From contig CATNEN010000025.1 of assembly GCA_950097015.1 (NCBI GenBank), positions 4,960,001-5,024,000 of the forward strand: a DNA stretch of 64,000 bases, in the 5' to 3' direction. The position numbers and the translations under genes were made by a program. The notes beneath the pieces were generated by a model. It worked only from the letters and a program-made list of their open reading frames with translations. It was not told the DNA's origin and ran no database searches. Origin of the DNA: Macrostomum hystrix (Eukaryota > Animalia > Platyhelminthes). Within the stretch, counting starts at the first letter, position 1, and every line of letters begins with the position of its first letter. Of this stretch, positions 24,391 through 36,457 are shown in pieces.

Positions 24391-24396
24391 TATAAA
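24391..24396 (+). promoter_or_regulatory. Candidate TATA box of the ML-domain gene
   Basis: TATAAA in GC-rich context about 90 bp upstream of the ATG at 24485. Confidence 0.4.
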
Positions 24397-24484
24397 GCGC
24401 GACTTAAGGTGACTCGAGTGAGTACCCAATCAATATTTTTCTTTTATTCCAGCTGCCAGCCCAAAGTAGTTTTGAAAGTCAACA

Positions 24485-25252
24485 ATGAAGGCCGTGGCGA
24501 TTCTTCTCCTGGCTCTGTGCTCGACCGCCTATGCTCAGCTGAAGCACAACGATTGCGGTGAGGACTATTAAAATGGTAAACAGTTTCCAATTGTGAACAG
24601 TTTCTGCACTACTACTACTCGCATTTCTGCTTGTCTAGGCGGTGACGGCCATGCGGCCCGCATCAGCCTTGTTGCCACTGACCCCTACCCGGTCAAGGCT
24701 CGAGAGGGCTTCACCTTTATTGTCAGCGTCAGGGGCCAGGTTCGCCGCGCTGTTGGCAACTCCAGCTTCAAGCTGTCCCTGAGGCGCAAGGTGCTCGGCT
24801 TCTGGGTGCCGATCCCCTGCCTGGCCGGTGAGTTACCGGAATTCACCGTTCATCTCCTGTCAAACTCTTCATAGCTCTCGGAGTAATGAGCTGTTCTCAT
24901 GTTTTTCTTTAAATTCATTCAGGCTACGGCAGCTGCACCTACGACAACGGCTGCCAGCTGCTGGAGGCCCTGCTGAATGACAAGCCGATCCCGGATGTCT
25001 GCGGTGGCATTGCTCAGCAGGACATCAACCTGGCCCAGTCCATCACCCTGCCGGAGATCCCCGGCCCGCTAGCTTGGCTTGTGTCTGTAAGTCTTGCTGA
25101 ATATCCACGACTTGCTGAATAGCTTAAACCACGACTCAACTGGCCTCAACTTTCACCCCCCCAAACAGGGCGAGTACCAGGCCAAGGGCGAGTTCAGGGA
25201 CGCCAACGGTGACGTCATGTGCCTGGAGCTGGAGGGCCGTCTGGACTCCTAA
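24485..25252 (+). CDS. GM2A: Secreted ML-domain lipid-binding protein, GM2-activator-like, 169 aa; exons 24485..24557, 24639..24827, 24923..25086, 25169..25252
   Basis: Signal peptide MKAVAILLLALCSTAYA. IPCLAGYGSCTYDNGC and AWLVSGEYQAK...MCL resemble the GM2A motifs IPC..GSC and WL.TG.Y. GT-AG introns with phases 1,1,0. The gene structure is firm; orthology is less so. Confidence 0.8.
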
Positions 25253-25978
25253 ATCAGCAGCGACAGCTGAGCACATCGGATGAAAAAGCATCACCCGGCA
25301 GCTCATAGAGTTGCGGAAATACACAATCAGAGAGTTAAACAGTTTCATCGTGTCACTTTTACCAAAAATTAGTCCCTCAGCTTAAACCAAGTTCATTACT
25401 GCTTTGCAGTTGATTCTTAAACTGCATTTCTAGTGCCAATGGAATTAAAAAACAGTACCATTTTTATTTGTAGTCTAAAACATTCTAGAGATAGAATGTC
25501 GTCTGAATTAAAAATTCAGGTAAAAATTCATGGCACAAAAAGTCAAAACGGGAGATAAAAAAGCCTAACATTTAATTTCAAGGCAAATAACTAAAAAAAT
25601 TCTGTTGTGCTGGAAAGTAATGAAATAAAATTCACAGCCTTTGATTTCATAAAATCAATAAAAAATCTTTGAAAGTAGAGTCAGGTAAAGTATAAAGTAG
25701 AAGTATCAAGTAGATTCCTTGGCTAAGCCATGGTTACAAAAGCTGTGCTCGCTCGGTCTTCGTCGCGCGACCAAGTAGGAAAGCTTTGCTGCAAAAAGCT
25801 CATTACCTCAGTGCACTGCAAGGAAGACACGTTTGGCAGAAGTGCCCGAAGGAAGCTAATGACTGACAAAAAACTCATTCGTCCATTTTTGGCTGATTTC
25901 GCTTCAGCAGATCGCAGTAGGTATGGTGAGCGGCGAGTTGAGCAGTAAGTGAGTTGAATATAAATTTCATTTCTGGGC

Positions 25979-26215
25979 AGTGGGGTTGGGGGGAGATCGG
26001 GTGTACATTGAGGAGTGGGGTTGGGGCAGATCGAGTGTACATTGAGGAGTGGGGTTGGGGCAGATCGAGTGTACATTTAAAACTTGGTTAGGGCAGATCG
26101 AGTGTACATTGAGGAGTGGGGTTGGGGCAGATAGAGTGTACATTTAAAACTTGGTTAGGGCAGATCGAGTGTACATTGAGGAGTGGGGTTGGGGCAGATA
26201 GAGTTTACATTGGGG
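25979..26215. repeat. About 34-bp tandem repeat (GAGTGTACATTGAGGAGTGGGGTTGGGGCAGATC) with an alternating TTAAAACTTGGTTAGGGCAG variant
   Basis: Period seen directly, about 7 units. Confidence 0.85.
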
Positions 26216-26296
26216 AGTGATTTGGAAAGAATGTACGCTAAGGAGTGTGTTAATTAGTTGAGCTACAATCGTCAACGTCAGTCTTCATTCTTCCTG

Positions 26297-27775
26297 TCAC
26301 AATTCCGTCGTATCCAATGCCATCTGCCAATCTTCGCTGCTGACGTCACCGTTAGAGTCGGCCAGTTGAATGGTCACTTCGGGTATCACCACCGCCGGAG
26401 CTGACCCCGTTCCCGAAACAGCTGACAATGACGCTGATACATCACCGCCGTCACTGCTATTCTCAACTATGACGTCATTGTCATCGAGACCGTCCATGTC
26501 TTCATCATTGGCAGACGCAGCCGAGGCCGACCGCCTGTCAATGTCTTCGGGCAGGTGGCGAATGCGGAAGCTGGCGTTGGTCACCAGCCGCTTACCACCG
26601 GGAGCCGCTGAAGAGTCTGTCAGCGGCTGCTGTGGGGTCAGGGAGATGCCGAAGGCGCCCACCTCCTGGCCGACGCGGCTGTGCGGGCTCAGGATGGCGT
26701 TCGCAACCAGAAGCACGTCTGAGAACAGCTCGTACTCGGCCCTGGCGCGGAGTTGCAGCAGGGCTCGCGCTGCCAGACGGTCCAAGGTGGCGCCGTCTGT
26801 GCCCGGGGCGGGAACGTCTCGCCGAGAGTGCATTATGGTATAAGCGGCGTGCAGGCACTGCAGCAGCAGCGGCTGTGGTTGGCAATTAGTGAAGTGGGTG
26901 CACGAATATGAAAACAATCAGATCTTGTGATAAATAAATGCGATGAAGCGAAAACTAATCAGAGGGAATGAAAAATGAGAAGTGGCTGCGAGACTAGCGG
27001 TACTGACTGATAGTTTACGTTTATAAAATGTGCTTTACAGTTGGTGAAGTTTGTGAAACCGCATCAAAATTCTCACCTGGTCCACCGTTAGCCGCACCTG
27101 TCCGGGCCCGCCAAGGTCGCACAGGCGGTCAATGGCAGTCAGGCAGGAGCGAAGGCTCCGCTCTGATAGGCCCAACAGCCGGTCATTGTAGACAGACATC
27201 AGCTGGGCCAGCACCGCCTGCCGGTTCTCGTGGTGCACCCGGGTGGCCGGCCGGCGGGGAAACTGGCGCAGGCGAGCGAAGGCCCGCTGGCCCGGCCGCG
27301 CTGACGCCGCGTGATAGATTGACGCCCGGTTGAGGCCAGGCATCGAGGTCAAGTGATCAGCGGCTGCCTGCGGCTCGGCTACGCTCAGGTTGTACAGGCT
27401 GAGTACGAGAGTCTCCATGAGATCGTACCATAGAATCCAGTCATTGTCTTCAGCCTCTTCATCTCCGGCCAGGGCCAGCCATTGTCGACGGTGAACAGCA
27501 CGCAGGTAGGCGACGAGCAGACAGGGCAGGAGTTGAATGGTCAGGCGCTGAATCTGCGGCTCCGGGTGCTTGTAGAATTGGAAGAGGCGGGTGCAGACTG
27601 GCTCAGCGAGCTGGCGGTCCTGACAGGCGTCTAGGCGCTGCTCAAGAGCATCGAAAAGGCCGTAATCGGCCCGGCTGCGAGCGGCGAAATCCTGGATGGC
27701 GTCAGCTGACGGTTTGTCGGAGTCGGCAAGACGCTCGAACTCCGCCAGCCAGCTGGAGAGATTAACAGCTGGCAT
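26297..27775 (-). CDS. FAM126: Hyccin/FAM126 (PI4KIIIalpha complex subunit), about 424 aa; exons 27775..27077 and 26872..26297
   Basis: SWLAEF, EPVCTRLFQFY, QLLPCL, ETLVLSLYNL, PGLNRASIYH, ENRQAVL and RAEYELFSDVLLVANAI match hyccin. Phase-0 intron gtgaga...ctaat...ccacag. Start placed at MPAVN after an acceptor-like CAG. Confidence 0.88.
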
Positions 27776-30366
27776 CGCTGAAGGGGCGGATTGAAACATT
27801 TCGTAACGGGGTAGATTTCGTAATTGATTATACTCGTACCTTGTTGTACTCATACAGCGAATTCAAATAAAAAGGAATGAAAACAGAAATTATAAATATA
27901 ATTTCTAAGGGCTTTCTGTGCGTGAAAAGCTATGATTTTCTAAGAATTTATAGACTATGATAGTTTAGGGTTTGATGTTTATCTCTGTCACATTTAGTAA
28001 CAATAAATTAGTTACTGAATATACTTTTTATGTAGATTGACACATTGATATTATAATCTGAAACATATAAATAATCATTTTATGTCACAATTTCAGTTAC
28101 AACTTTGTAATTTTAAGCATGGTGTGATTTAGAAAACTTAATTATCTACTCCAATTTTGAAATGAATGGTCATCAAAATTTAGATTTCAATGATCTACAG
28201 CAACAATAACAAAACAAAAAACAAATTAAAAAATAAATTAAATGTTAAATACTGAAGTATCTTTGGATTGAAGAGATACAAGGGAAAAAGAATAAAGCAC
28301 AGCATTGCATTGACCATTGTGTATTTTACTTTGAATTTGTAAAAAAGCATGCAATACAAGTTGTTTCTGTTGATCTTAATTAAATAATTAAATTATTAGT
28401 TAAAAGTTCAGTACTTCTAAAATGAGTTGCACGGTCAGAATTCGACAATTAAAACTCAAATTAGACCTAAATTAAACTATGACATTGTTTATTTTTGTGA
28501 ACGAGATTTAACTAATATATACATAATCCGAGCTTAAAGACTCAAATTGCTATTACAATTTCTCAATGCTTAAAAAACAAAAAGTAACTAAAAACTACAC
28601 AAGAGCTGGCTTGCGATATTTCTATCGGGCATTAAAGCCAAGAATTATTTTATAAGGTCAAAGCGTTTCGTTTTTATTGTATGGTAAATATAAATCTAAG
28701 GAAGTAACTTAGCAGCACCTTGGCTTAAAGAAGATTGGTTAATGTTGCGAACAATATTATTTAAAACCTTTTAAATTGGGGTTTTAAAAAGAATATGACT
28801 TCGTTTTGATTCGGCTTCTTGTTCCTGTCATTAAAAAATCATTTATGAAAACAAGTCAAAAAGACAACCGACGCCAGCTTCGTGCCTGGCTTTAAAGCAG
28901 AAAAACAAACAAACTAAGGCGAAAATATAATATTTGTTCGATATTTTTCTGATGACTAAAAAACAATGACGATGTAAAATGCTAAAGGAGTGACAATATT
29001 TTTGCTGGATGAAAAGAGTTTGGCGTGATGTAAAAAGTCTCATTACGAGCTGAGGTTTACTTCTATTATTGGAGCGCTGCCAACTGATGCCCAAATGAAT
29101 TCGCTGTAGCACAATCCATCCTACTACACAAAATCTCTAAGACTTGTTTGTTTGAAACGGTCTACAAAGTGAAACGCTTGACCAATTTTTATTGCGTTTT
29201 CACTCAAAGTTTGTGAATCTTTCTGTGACTATGTTGTTCTAGTTCAACTCACACTTTAATCTGTCAATGATAAGCCTTTTGAAATTTATTAAAAGCTGTT
29301 CTTTCCATCTCTTTTGTGTTTTTTCCCCACATTATCTCATTATTGTTTTTTGCTGCTGTGAGGGCACATTTTAAACTTCTGATTCCGATTCAAGACTTGG
29401 CTCCCCATTCCAGAATTCTGATCCCTTTAATTCGGTACAGTCTTAATAATCTTATTACATAGAAGCCACCCAGAGGGGGCAAATGGCTAGTTCTTATCTA
29501 ACAGCCGAAAAATGAAATAGTTCTTCGTGCACTAGCTCCTTAGTTATTCACCATGCTCAAGTCTCACATTCAGACATCTTTGGAGCTGGAGATTTTTTGA
29601 GAAGTTATTTTGAGAACAAATTAAGTTGATTAAATAATTAATTGACGCAATAAGTCCGATTTGCGTGTAAATTGATTTTTCAATTTTTTAAAGTTCTAAA
29701 TCGAACTTGCTGATACCATAGAAAGTTCTCAAATGAACAGGTGAATCGATTCGCCAGTTAGAGATAATATAAAAATTGTTGCTAAAACATTATATTTATT
29801 TGTAATGTTGTTTATTACATTCAGATATGCGATGCAGTGAGGCCCTGTACAATTAATAAGCAGCAAGTTTTCTGCCCTTGACGATTCGTACGAGCGTAAG
29901 TAAGAAAACTACATTTGTAGATAGCAACAGTCGATGGTAGCGCAAGCACGTTAGGAAAATAAAATTCTAAAATAATAGGACGGCAAATATTACAATCCAT
30001 TTTACTCATAGAATGCTCATAGAGAGGTAAAGCAAAATCGTGACCCGATCAAAGGCTACACTAGAGCAACAATACCCTGGTCCTCAGATAGGGACGTTGT
30101 TCTGACAATGCGGATTTTTCGGAACTGCAATAAACAGATATGAAAACCTTAAAAAAAAATAAAATGACGCGCGTCAGATTAGTCAAAGCTTAGGTAGATA
30201 AGAACATGCAGAAAATAATTTCAAAAAGGATAGACAATTTCAGAGTAAAATTAGGCTAAAAGAGATTAAAAGAAGAACATGCTTAAAATCGGCACAAAGT
30301 TTAAAAAATAATATTAGACTTTAGTTCTTCCACGGTGAGACAAGACGGCACATTCAATTTGTCTAA

Positions 30367-33040
30367 TCACAGTTCGGCCTCTTCTGGCACCTCGGCGACA
30401 ATCATCTCGCGACTCTCGTAGCTCCAGAAGCCGTTCAAATCGATAAGGATGTTGACAACGGTGTCACCCTGACCGCAGCGCACCAGATCATCTAGTGTGA
30501 TCTTGTACGGATCAGCCGGGCGCACCATGTCGAAGATTTCATCCTGCAGGTCGCTTAGTTTCGGCGGCTCCATGCCGTGCTGGCGCAGGCGCTGTTGAAT
30601 ACCGCGAAAGAAGAAGTTCAAAGTCCAGACAGTCAGCGCGCCGGAGCCGTCAATGTCCAAGATGCGGAAGAAGTACTGCAACGACTGCGGCTCGGCCTTG
30701 TTCTCCATGCCCAGAACAAAGTCCAAATACGATTTATAATCTAGCTCGCCTTCGTAGGTCAGGCACTCCTGGAACAGGCGATCTAGGAACACCTCCGTCA
30801 GGGTGCCGCTGCCGTATTTGGCGAGCTCCGACTTGCTCAACATGCCGTTCTCATCCTTGAGCGAATGATAAACCAATGGAAATCGAATTAATACAAAATC
30901 TGACGCAGTTTCTCGCTTAAACACCAGAGTTTAGTACACACTACTGCTGCCAGGCCACCCACAGTCGCGGAGAGAAGGCTTGGGGGCTTGTCGTGCAATT
31001 TACGGCCTTGAGGGCCAACCTCCAAGGCACAGTGAAAGTGTACAGTGCCTGAGGATGAGAAAGTCAGGGCAGATGTACACACCTGTGTGAGTGTATGCCT
31101 GCGTAGTGCGTACAGTATCTGTGTGCGTGTGTGCTCAGGAGTAAGCGAAATGGGCAGAATTGCCTCCTCGCTGGCTGCGGGTCTAGTGCCACCAAATGAT
31201 TGCCCGCAGTCCTCCTGCAATTAAAATTACTATTAAACTACTGCTGGTACTCATCGGACAACTAAATACGGATTTTGCCTACGAACACTAATTACTTCCC
31301 CCATTCCCGGAATTCGAACCACCGACCTCTTAGTTGAGGATCTGAAGCTCTCAATACTGGGCTACAGCATCACAATAGATAAAGCGTCACTTGATTAAGA
31401 ATAAATCCGAAGCTTGTGTTAAAGACGAGAAAATTGTTTTGAGTCACAACTCTGGGTTGTTTCAGTTGACCCAGCTGTTAAATGGGTACCAGCATTGGGG
31501 TAATTGATGGTGGTGTGTCATCCCCCCCAGTCCATGGACTGAACAGCAGTACGCAGCCTACAGAAGCGGAAGCTGCGGCTGTGCCACTGGCTGTATATCT
31601 GGCCTAACGGCTAAATTTGAATTAAAGATGGAAGACCGCACCTTGTCCAGGTTGAGAAAGGTTCCATAGACGCGCAGAGCGTTCAATGCGCTGAACCAAT
31701 TGCTGCTCTGCGCAGCCTCGGATAGTTCTTCGTCGCGCAGTTCAAGAAGGTCGTCAAGGAACGAGCTGGCCAGGATGTCGCAGATTTTAATCCGCCCAGT
31801 GCGCAACGGATCCAGGAAGAAGAAGAATTTTCGCACGGCGGTGCACACGTAGAAACTGTGAAACAGTTTATCGAGTTTGCTCAGCTGCGGCAGGGTGGGA
31901 ATGAGCTCCGTAATGTAATTCTCCAGGTCCGTCTCGCGCAGGTAGCCGCGACCAGAGAAGTCGTACAGGGACAGGCCAATGCGAGTTTGGTGAAGCCAAA
32001 CTTTCTTCATAATGTAGTTAAATAGGCTCATTATATTGATGCGACCGTACGGATCGTCGTGCAACAGTTTGGCGAACACCTTCGGCCGGAAGAATGGGGC
32101 GCACTTCGGGCCGGCAGCCTGGCGCACCTTCAGGAAGTCGGTGTAGTTTATTAGCTGCTCGGCGTCGGGGCCGTCTGGTGGAGTGCGGTGAGCTCCGAGC
32201 AGATACCAAAGACCCTGCGGATTTCGGGTTGACATTGCTAGCTCAGTGAGGAATCTGCAGACACAAAACCTTAACGTTAAATTTATGCCCTCACGTCCAT
32301 ATTGACTGAAAACACTTCAATATATGACATTGAGATGACTTTGATAACACTAAACACTTGAATGAGGAAGCAATTCTGCCGATTTAGTTTATTCCTGAGC
32401 ACACACGCACATATTCACACTTGATCAACGTCAGACAATGTACACTCTCACTGTGCCTTGGAGTTTGGCCCTCAAAGAGCTCTTCTCTCCAACGCTGCGT
32501 CCCAAATGAATGTGGCCTTGCCGCGGAATGATGTTAGACAGCCTTAAAACTCCCGTGAATGTTAGACAGACACAGTTGTAAACTCCCGTGAATGTTAGAC
32601 AGCCTTAAAACTCCCGTGAATGTTAGACAGCCTTAAACTCTTGTAAATCATAGACGACCAAAAGACAAAGAATATTCGAACAGATACCGAATATATTTTA
32701 GAATGTGACCAACCTGCAGCTCGTTATTATCCAGCAGCTGTTTAGTCTTACGCTGCAGAAAAAGTGCGCGGGCTTCTTCTCGAAGCTTCTTCTGCAACAG
32801 ACTGTCCTCCCTTGGTTGCGGCTGATAGAAGGTTGGTATGGCCAGGGCACCAAAGCCAACGCCACTGCCAGCTGGGCCCTGACCAGACATGGCTCGGTAG
32901 TGTTCGTTAAATAGCTGGGCCTCCTCTTCCAATGCCTGAGCTGGTGGTTTTGGCAGGCCCGCCTTGGCGGTGGAGGCCTGGGCTAGCCTGCAAAGCCGTG
33001 ACTTCAAGTCTGTTCCAGAGGCCACTGGAGGCAAAGACAT
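30367..33040 (-). CDS. PPP2R3C: PP2A regulatory subunit B'' gamma (G5PR), 462 aa; exons 33040..32714, 32214..31642, 30855..30367
   Basis: LLQKKLREEARALFLQRK, KVWLHQTRIGLSLYD, FYVCTAVRKFFFFLDPLRTG, QECLTYEGELDYK and ILIDLNGFW match PPP2R3C. Two phase-0 GT-AG introns. Confidence 0.96.
30950..31225 (+). mobile_element. SINE family 2 copy (5'-truncated) in PPP2R3C intron 2
   Basis: Collinear with the 41100 copy from GGAGAGAAGGCTTGGGGGCTTG to TCCTGCAATTA. Confidence 0.88.
31260..31600. mobile_element. SINE family 1 fragments in PPP2R3C intron 2 (head on minus about 31290..31352; body on plus about 31445..31600)
   Basis: Minus strand TGTAGCCCAGT...GGTTCGAATTCC; plus strand ACCCAGCTGTTAAATGGGTACC...CAGTCCATGGACTG. 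Confidence 0.7.
32375..32525 (-). mobile_element. Degenerate SINE family 2 copy in PPP2R3C intron 1
   Basis: CCTGAGCACACAC, TGTACACTCTCACTGTGCCTTGGAGTTTGGCCCT and TTCTCTCC match family 2 in reverse. Confidence 0.7.
32531..32640. repeat. 28-bp tandem repeat (AATGTTAGACAGCCTTAAAACTCCCGTG), about 4 copies
   Basis: Period seen directly. Confidence 0.85.
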
Positions 33041-34694
33041 GGCTGCAATGATGGGGAAATAGATTTTTATTATATTAATTGAAACACTAAATAGTAATAT
33101 ATTGATAATATAATTGTGTATTCAGTAAATTAAAAACTGACAGTTTGAAAAAGTTTTGAATTATCAATTATAATTTGTTTACACTAAAAAAATAATAAGT
33201 GTTTCAACAATTTCAAATGTTAGACCAAGGCTTATATAGTTATATCCATGGTACCTATACTTCGAACCCTAATTTCATTAGTATTTAATGTCAATGTCAA
33301 ATGTGCTTGCTGTAGGCAAGGAAGCAGCTTTCTCTAATAATATTTAGATTCATATTCAATGATACAATCCAGTCATGAGATTAGAGAATAAGCATTATTA
33401 AGAATCAATAGTTGCCATTGATTTTCAGGAGCATGTTTTGTCCCCTATGTGTGTCTGTGGTCAAAGTTCATAGAAGAGAAGTTCTCACAAGGATTTACAA
33501 GCAAATCAACAGCCATCAAATACATGGGCCTAGTTAAGTCCCCAGGTTTATGGGAGTCCCCAGCCTAGGTGAGAAAAAGACTTTAGTCTTCAATTACTAG
33601 GGCCTGATGTTTAATGATTCATTAATTACTAAAGCTTTATTGTCATTAAACAGCAAATTAGTTTTCTATTCAATAGTGTCATTGACAATAAACTGTGCTT
33701 TATTGTTTTCAAAGAATATTCATCTCATATGCCTAGGCCTACTCATAATGTTTTTTGCCATAAAAGGCTTGAGCTTGAGCCCTTTCACTAAGCTTGGAAT
33801 ATAATTAAATAAACACCCTATAACCTAGTTTTCGGCGAAATTTATTCGCCGAAGTGTAGCTATGCAATGGAGCCATTTAGTTTAGATATACACTTATTAC
33901 CTCTGCTCTGCCTTCACTTGAGTCCTCCTTAGATTGAACCCTAGCCTAGATAGACCAGATTCGTAAAATGGTTTGGTTTAACAGAATAACCAAAAAAGGC
34001 CTCCAGATGCGGTGATCGACGAGTGTAATCAGGATGAGTATTAATTCGCGAGGCCCTAGTCCTAGCCTAATGTCAATATAAGCAAATAGCAAACAGACCC
34101 CTCATGAGAAATGAAACGAAATGAAAAATAAGCGGCTAGTTGCTGGCTAGGCACTTGTGACTTGAGAATCCACACTTGAAATTTAATGCAACCTAACTAT
34201 TGATATGCTTATTTAAATAAAATTTCACTTTCTCAGGTCAGCAAGAAAGAAGGATAGACCACAGAAAGCAGACCTAGTCGGCTAGTCGGCTAACAAATTA
34301 TGCAAAAAAGGAATGCATTTTCAAATTTGCTGTATCAATAGATTGTGAAACAATGAAATTAGGTAAAATAAATCACGTTATTTTTTTATTAAGCTTAGCT
34401 ACTTTGCATTAAAACGACTTAACAGCAAATAGCTGTTTAAAAATATTATAATCGAGTGTGATCGCCTTTTAAAACTTAGAAAAGAGATCGTAGAAAACTT
34501 ACCTAATTTATGCATCATGGAAAGCCAAAATTATTTTACAACCATTACCGTCGTATTTGAGGAGCGAATAAATTTTTTTGTAGTCTAACGAGTTCATTTA
34601 GTGTAATTATATTTTTAGCTTAAATTTAAAATCGAATATTTACACTAGGATACCCTATGAACACAGGACGTTAGGCCTACACTCGTCCTTCTTA

Positions 34695-34938
34695 GCCGGC
34701 CGTGCGACTTAGTTTTTGCTCTATTTATAAAACGAGGGCCAAGCAAGGTAAGTCGCAAAAACCAATCGACCAAGCGCAAAAAAATCAAAGGGGGGACCAA
34801 GGGACAAAAAAGGAAGGTGTGAAGAAAAGGAAAAAGGGGAGAGAAAAAGAGAGCAAATGAGAGCAAACTAAGTCGTAAATAGAGCAATGAAACGAACTAA
34901 GTCGCAAATGAGAGCAAAAACTAAGTCGCAAGGCCGGC
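34695..34938. mobile_element. TA-flanked MITE, 244 bp, superfamily undetermined
   Basis: 28-bp TIR GCCGGCC(G/T)TGCGACTTAGTTTTTGCTCT with one mismatch. TA at 34693..34694 and 34939..34940; the reconstructed empty site TCTTAAGA is palindromic. Subterminal ACTAAGTCGCA repeats. Confidence 0.8.
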
Positions 34939-35253
34939 TAAGATTTGGGAGGTTGCGCATGTATGATCAAAGTGGTGTTTTCAATTTTTGTCAATATTAG
35001 GGAGTTTATTGTCTTGTGTTCTTAAGTTGTCCTTGAAATTTATATGGTTAATAAGCAGTATTTTATATAGGTATGTAACAAAGCCAGCTAGGCCTAGTAT
35101 GTAAAAGGTGCAGATCTGTAAGTAGTTAGGGCCTATGTTAAAATATCTTTATTGCATTCTAAATATGTGCATTATTATTTTAAGTATGTCTTCTAATTAA
35201 AATAAATAAATAATGAATAGGGCCTAATAACCTTTTTGATAAATGTCATTTCT

Positions 35254-36457
35254 GGCTATCCTGCATTTTCGTTCATTAAATTATTTTTTCACGTGGAATT
35301 AATTTTAAATGATCTCACGAGTTCAGCACAGGCAATAAAAAATACTATGGGACATACAGAACACCCGAAAAGTTTAAGAAAGTTTGTTATAGTCAAGTCA
35401 GTTTAAACGTTAGTCTCCGGATTACAGTGGGTAGTAATGGGTCACCCAGTACAGAAAGTTGCCGAAATGATGCTCATTTGGGTAGAGCTGGTGCCACAGG
35501 AACTCCTGCAGGTGCGACTCGAAGAGCCCATCGCTGGTACCGTGCCCCTGACGCAGCTTGGCCTTGCAGTGCGCCCAGCTGCCCTCGATTGTGTTGGTGT
35601 GCACTGTCGGGGCCTGTGGGTCCACGAAATTGAGTCAATGGTTGACACTCGCATGGTTGAAGCCCATGGCAGCAAGGCCGTTGTATGACTGCCATCTGTC
35701 AGTGATGACTCGGGAACCGGGCAGGATGTACTGCTGCAGAATAGGCAGCAGTGTTTCGGCACGTCGATTCTCAACCACCACCATCATGCATTTGTTACTG
35801 CCACACTCTACCATTCCAAGCACCCAGTGGCCCTCACGATAGTTGCCGACATGGTACTTGCGGTGGAGGAATTTGCTCTCGTCCACCTCCACTTCAATGT
35901 TCGGGCCACCAAGCTGCATTGGGTGGTCAATGAGTACCTGGGCACACACATCGCGGCAGAAGTTGGCCCAGTCGACACTGGTATGCGGCTGCTTGATGTC
36001 ACACTGCAGCATGATGTCCTTCAGTGGTGTCTTCAGTGCCCACCAGTACACAAAGTCCACCAGTTGGTTAAGTGCTAGGTGGCTTCTCTCGAAAAAGGAG
36101 CCCTTCCTTATGGACTCCTGGCCGTGACACTCCTTGCAAGCCCAAGCCCAGCCATCCACATACCGGTCACCCTGACGACGCTGAAGGCGCATTTGAGGTG
36201 CAGCAGGGCAATGGCACCGACGCTCGTTTGACAGCAGCCAGTATTTGGCCAGCCAGCGCATCAGAGACAGTGTGTCAGTGGTCAAAAGAGCCAAGTCCCG
36301 CATCCTTATGAGCGGCAGGTCGCATAGTTCCGCAGTAGGTCTTATCTCAGCTGGTGGGATGATAGTAGTGGGAGCAGCTGGACGACCCGCCATGTGGATG
36401 TGCAGTGTGGCTGAAAAAATGAAAAAATAATTTAACGAACAAAAATGCAGGATAGCC
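35254..36457 (-). mobile_element. Complete Merlin (IS1595/ISXO2-like) DNA transposon, 1204 bp
   Basis: 38-bp TIRs GGCTATCCTGCATTTT(C/T)GTTC(A/G)TTAAATTATTTTTTCA (35254..35291, 36420..36457) with two mismatches. 5'-GG termini. Perfect 8-bp TSD TCATTTCT at 35246..35253 and 36458..36465. Confidence 0.95.
35422..36393 (-). pseudogene. Merlin/IS1595 DDE transposase, 323 codons, interrupted by one in-frame TGA (35635..35637)
   Basis: Zn-ribbon-like CHC...CKEC; VEVDESKF, ITDRWQSY, VNH*LNFVDP, VHTNTIEGSW. The two track ORFs (36393..35635 and 35625..35422) are in the same frame. Confidence 0.9.

Noticed and set aside
27776-27853. FAM126 N-terminal extension MSTTRYEY...
   Set aside because: Not homologous to hyccin, and it contains an acceptor-like tract ending 2 nt before the MPAVN ATG.
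1701-33040. Functional cluster (phosphatases PPEF/PPP2R3C; lipid genes OSBP/FAM126/GM2A)
   Set aside because: Unrelated families in mixed orientation with no shared motif seen; chance juxtaposition is sufficient.
33831-33853. 9-bp perfect hairpin TTCGGCGAA-ATTTA-TTCGCCGAA
   Set aside because: Single short inverted repeat with no TSD, second copy or gene context.
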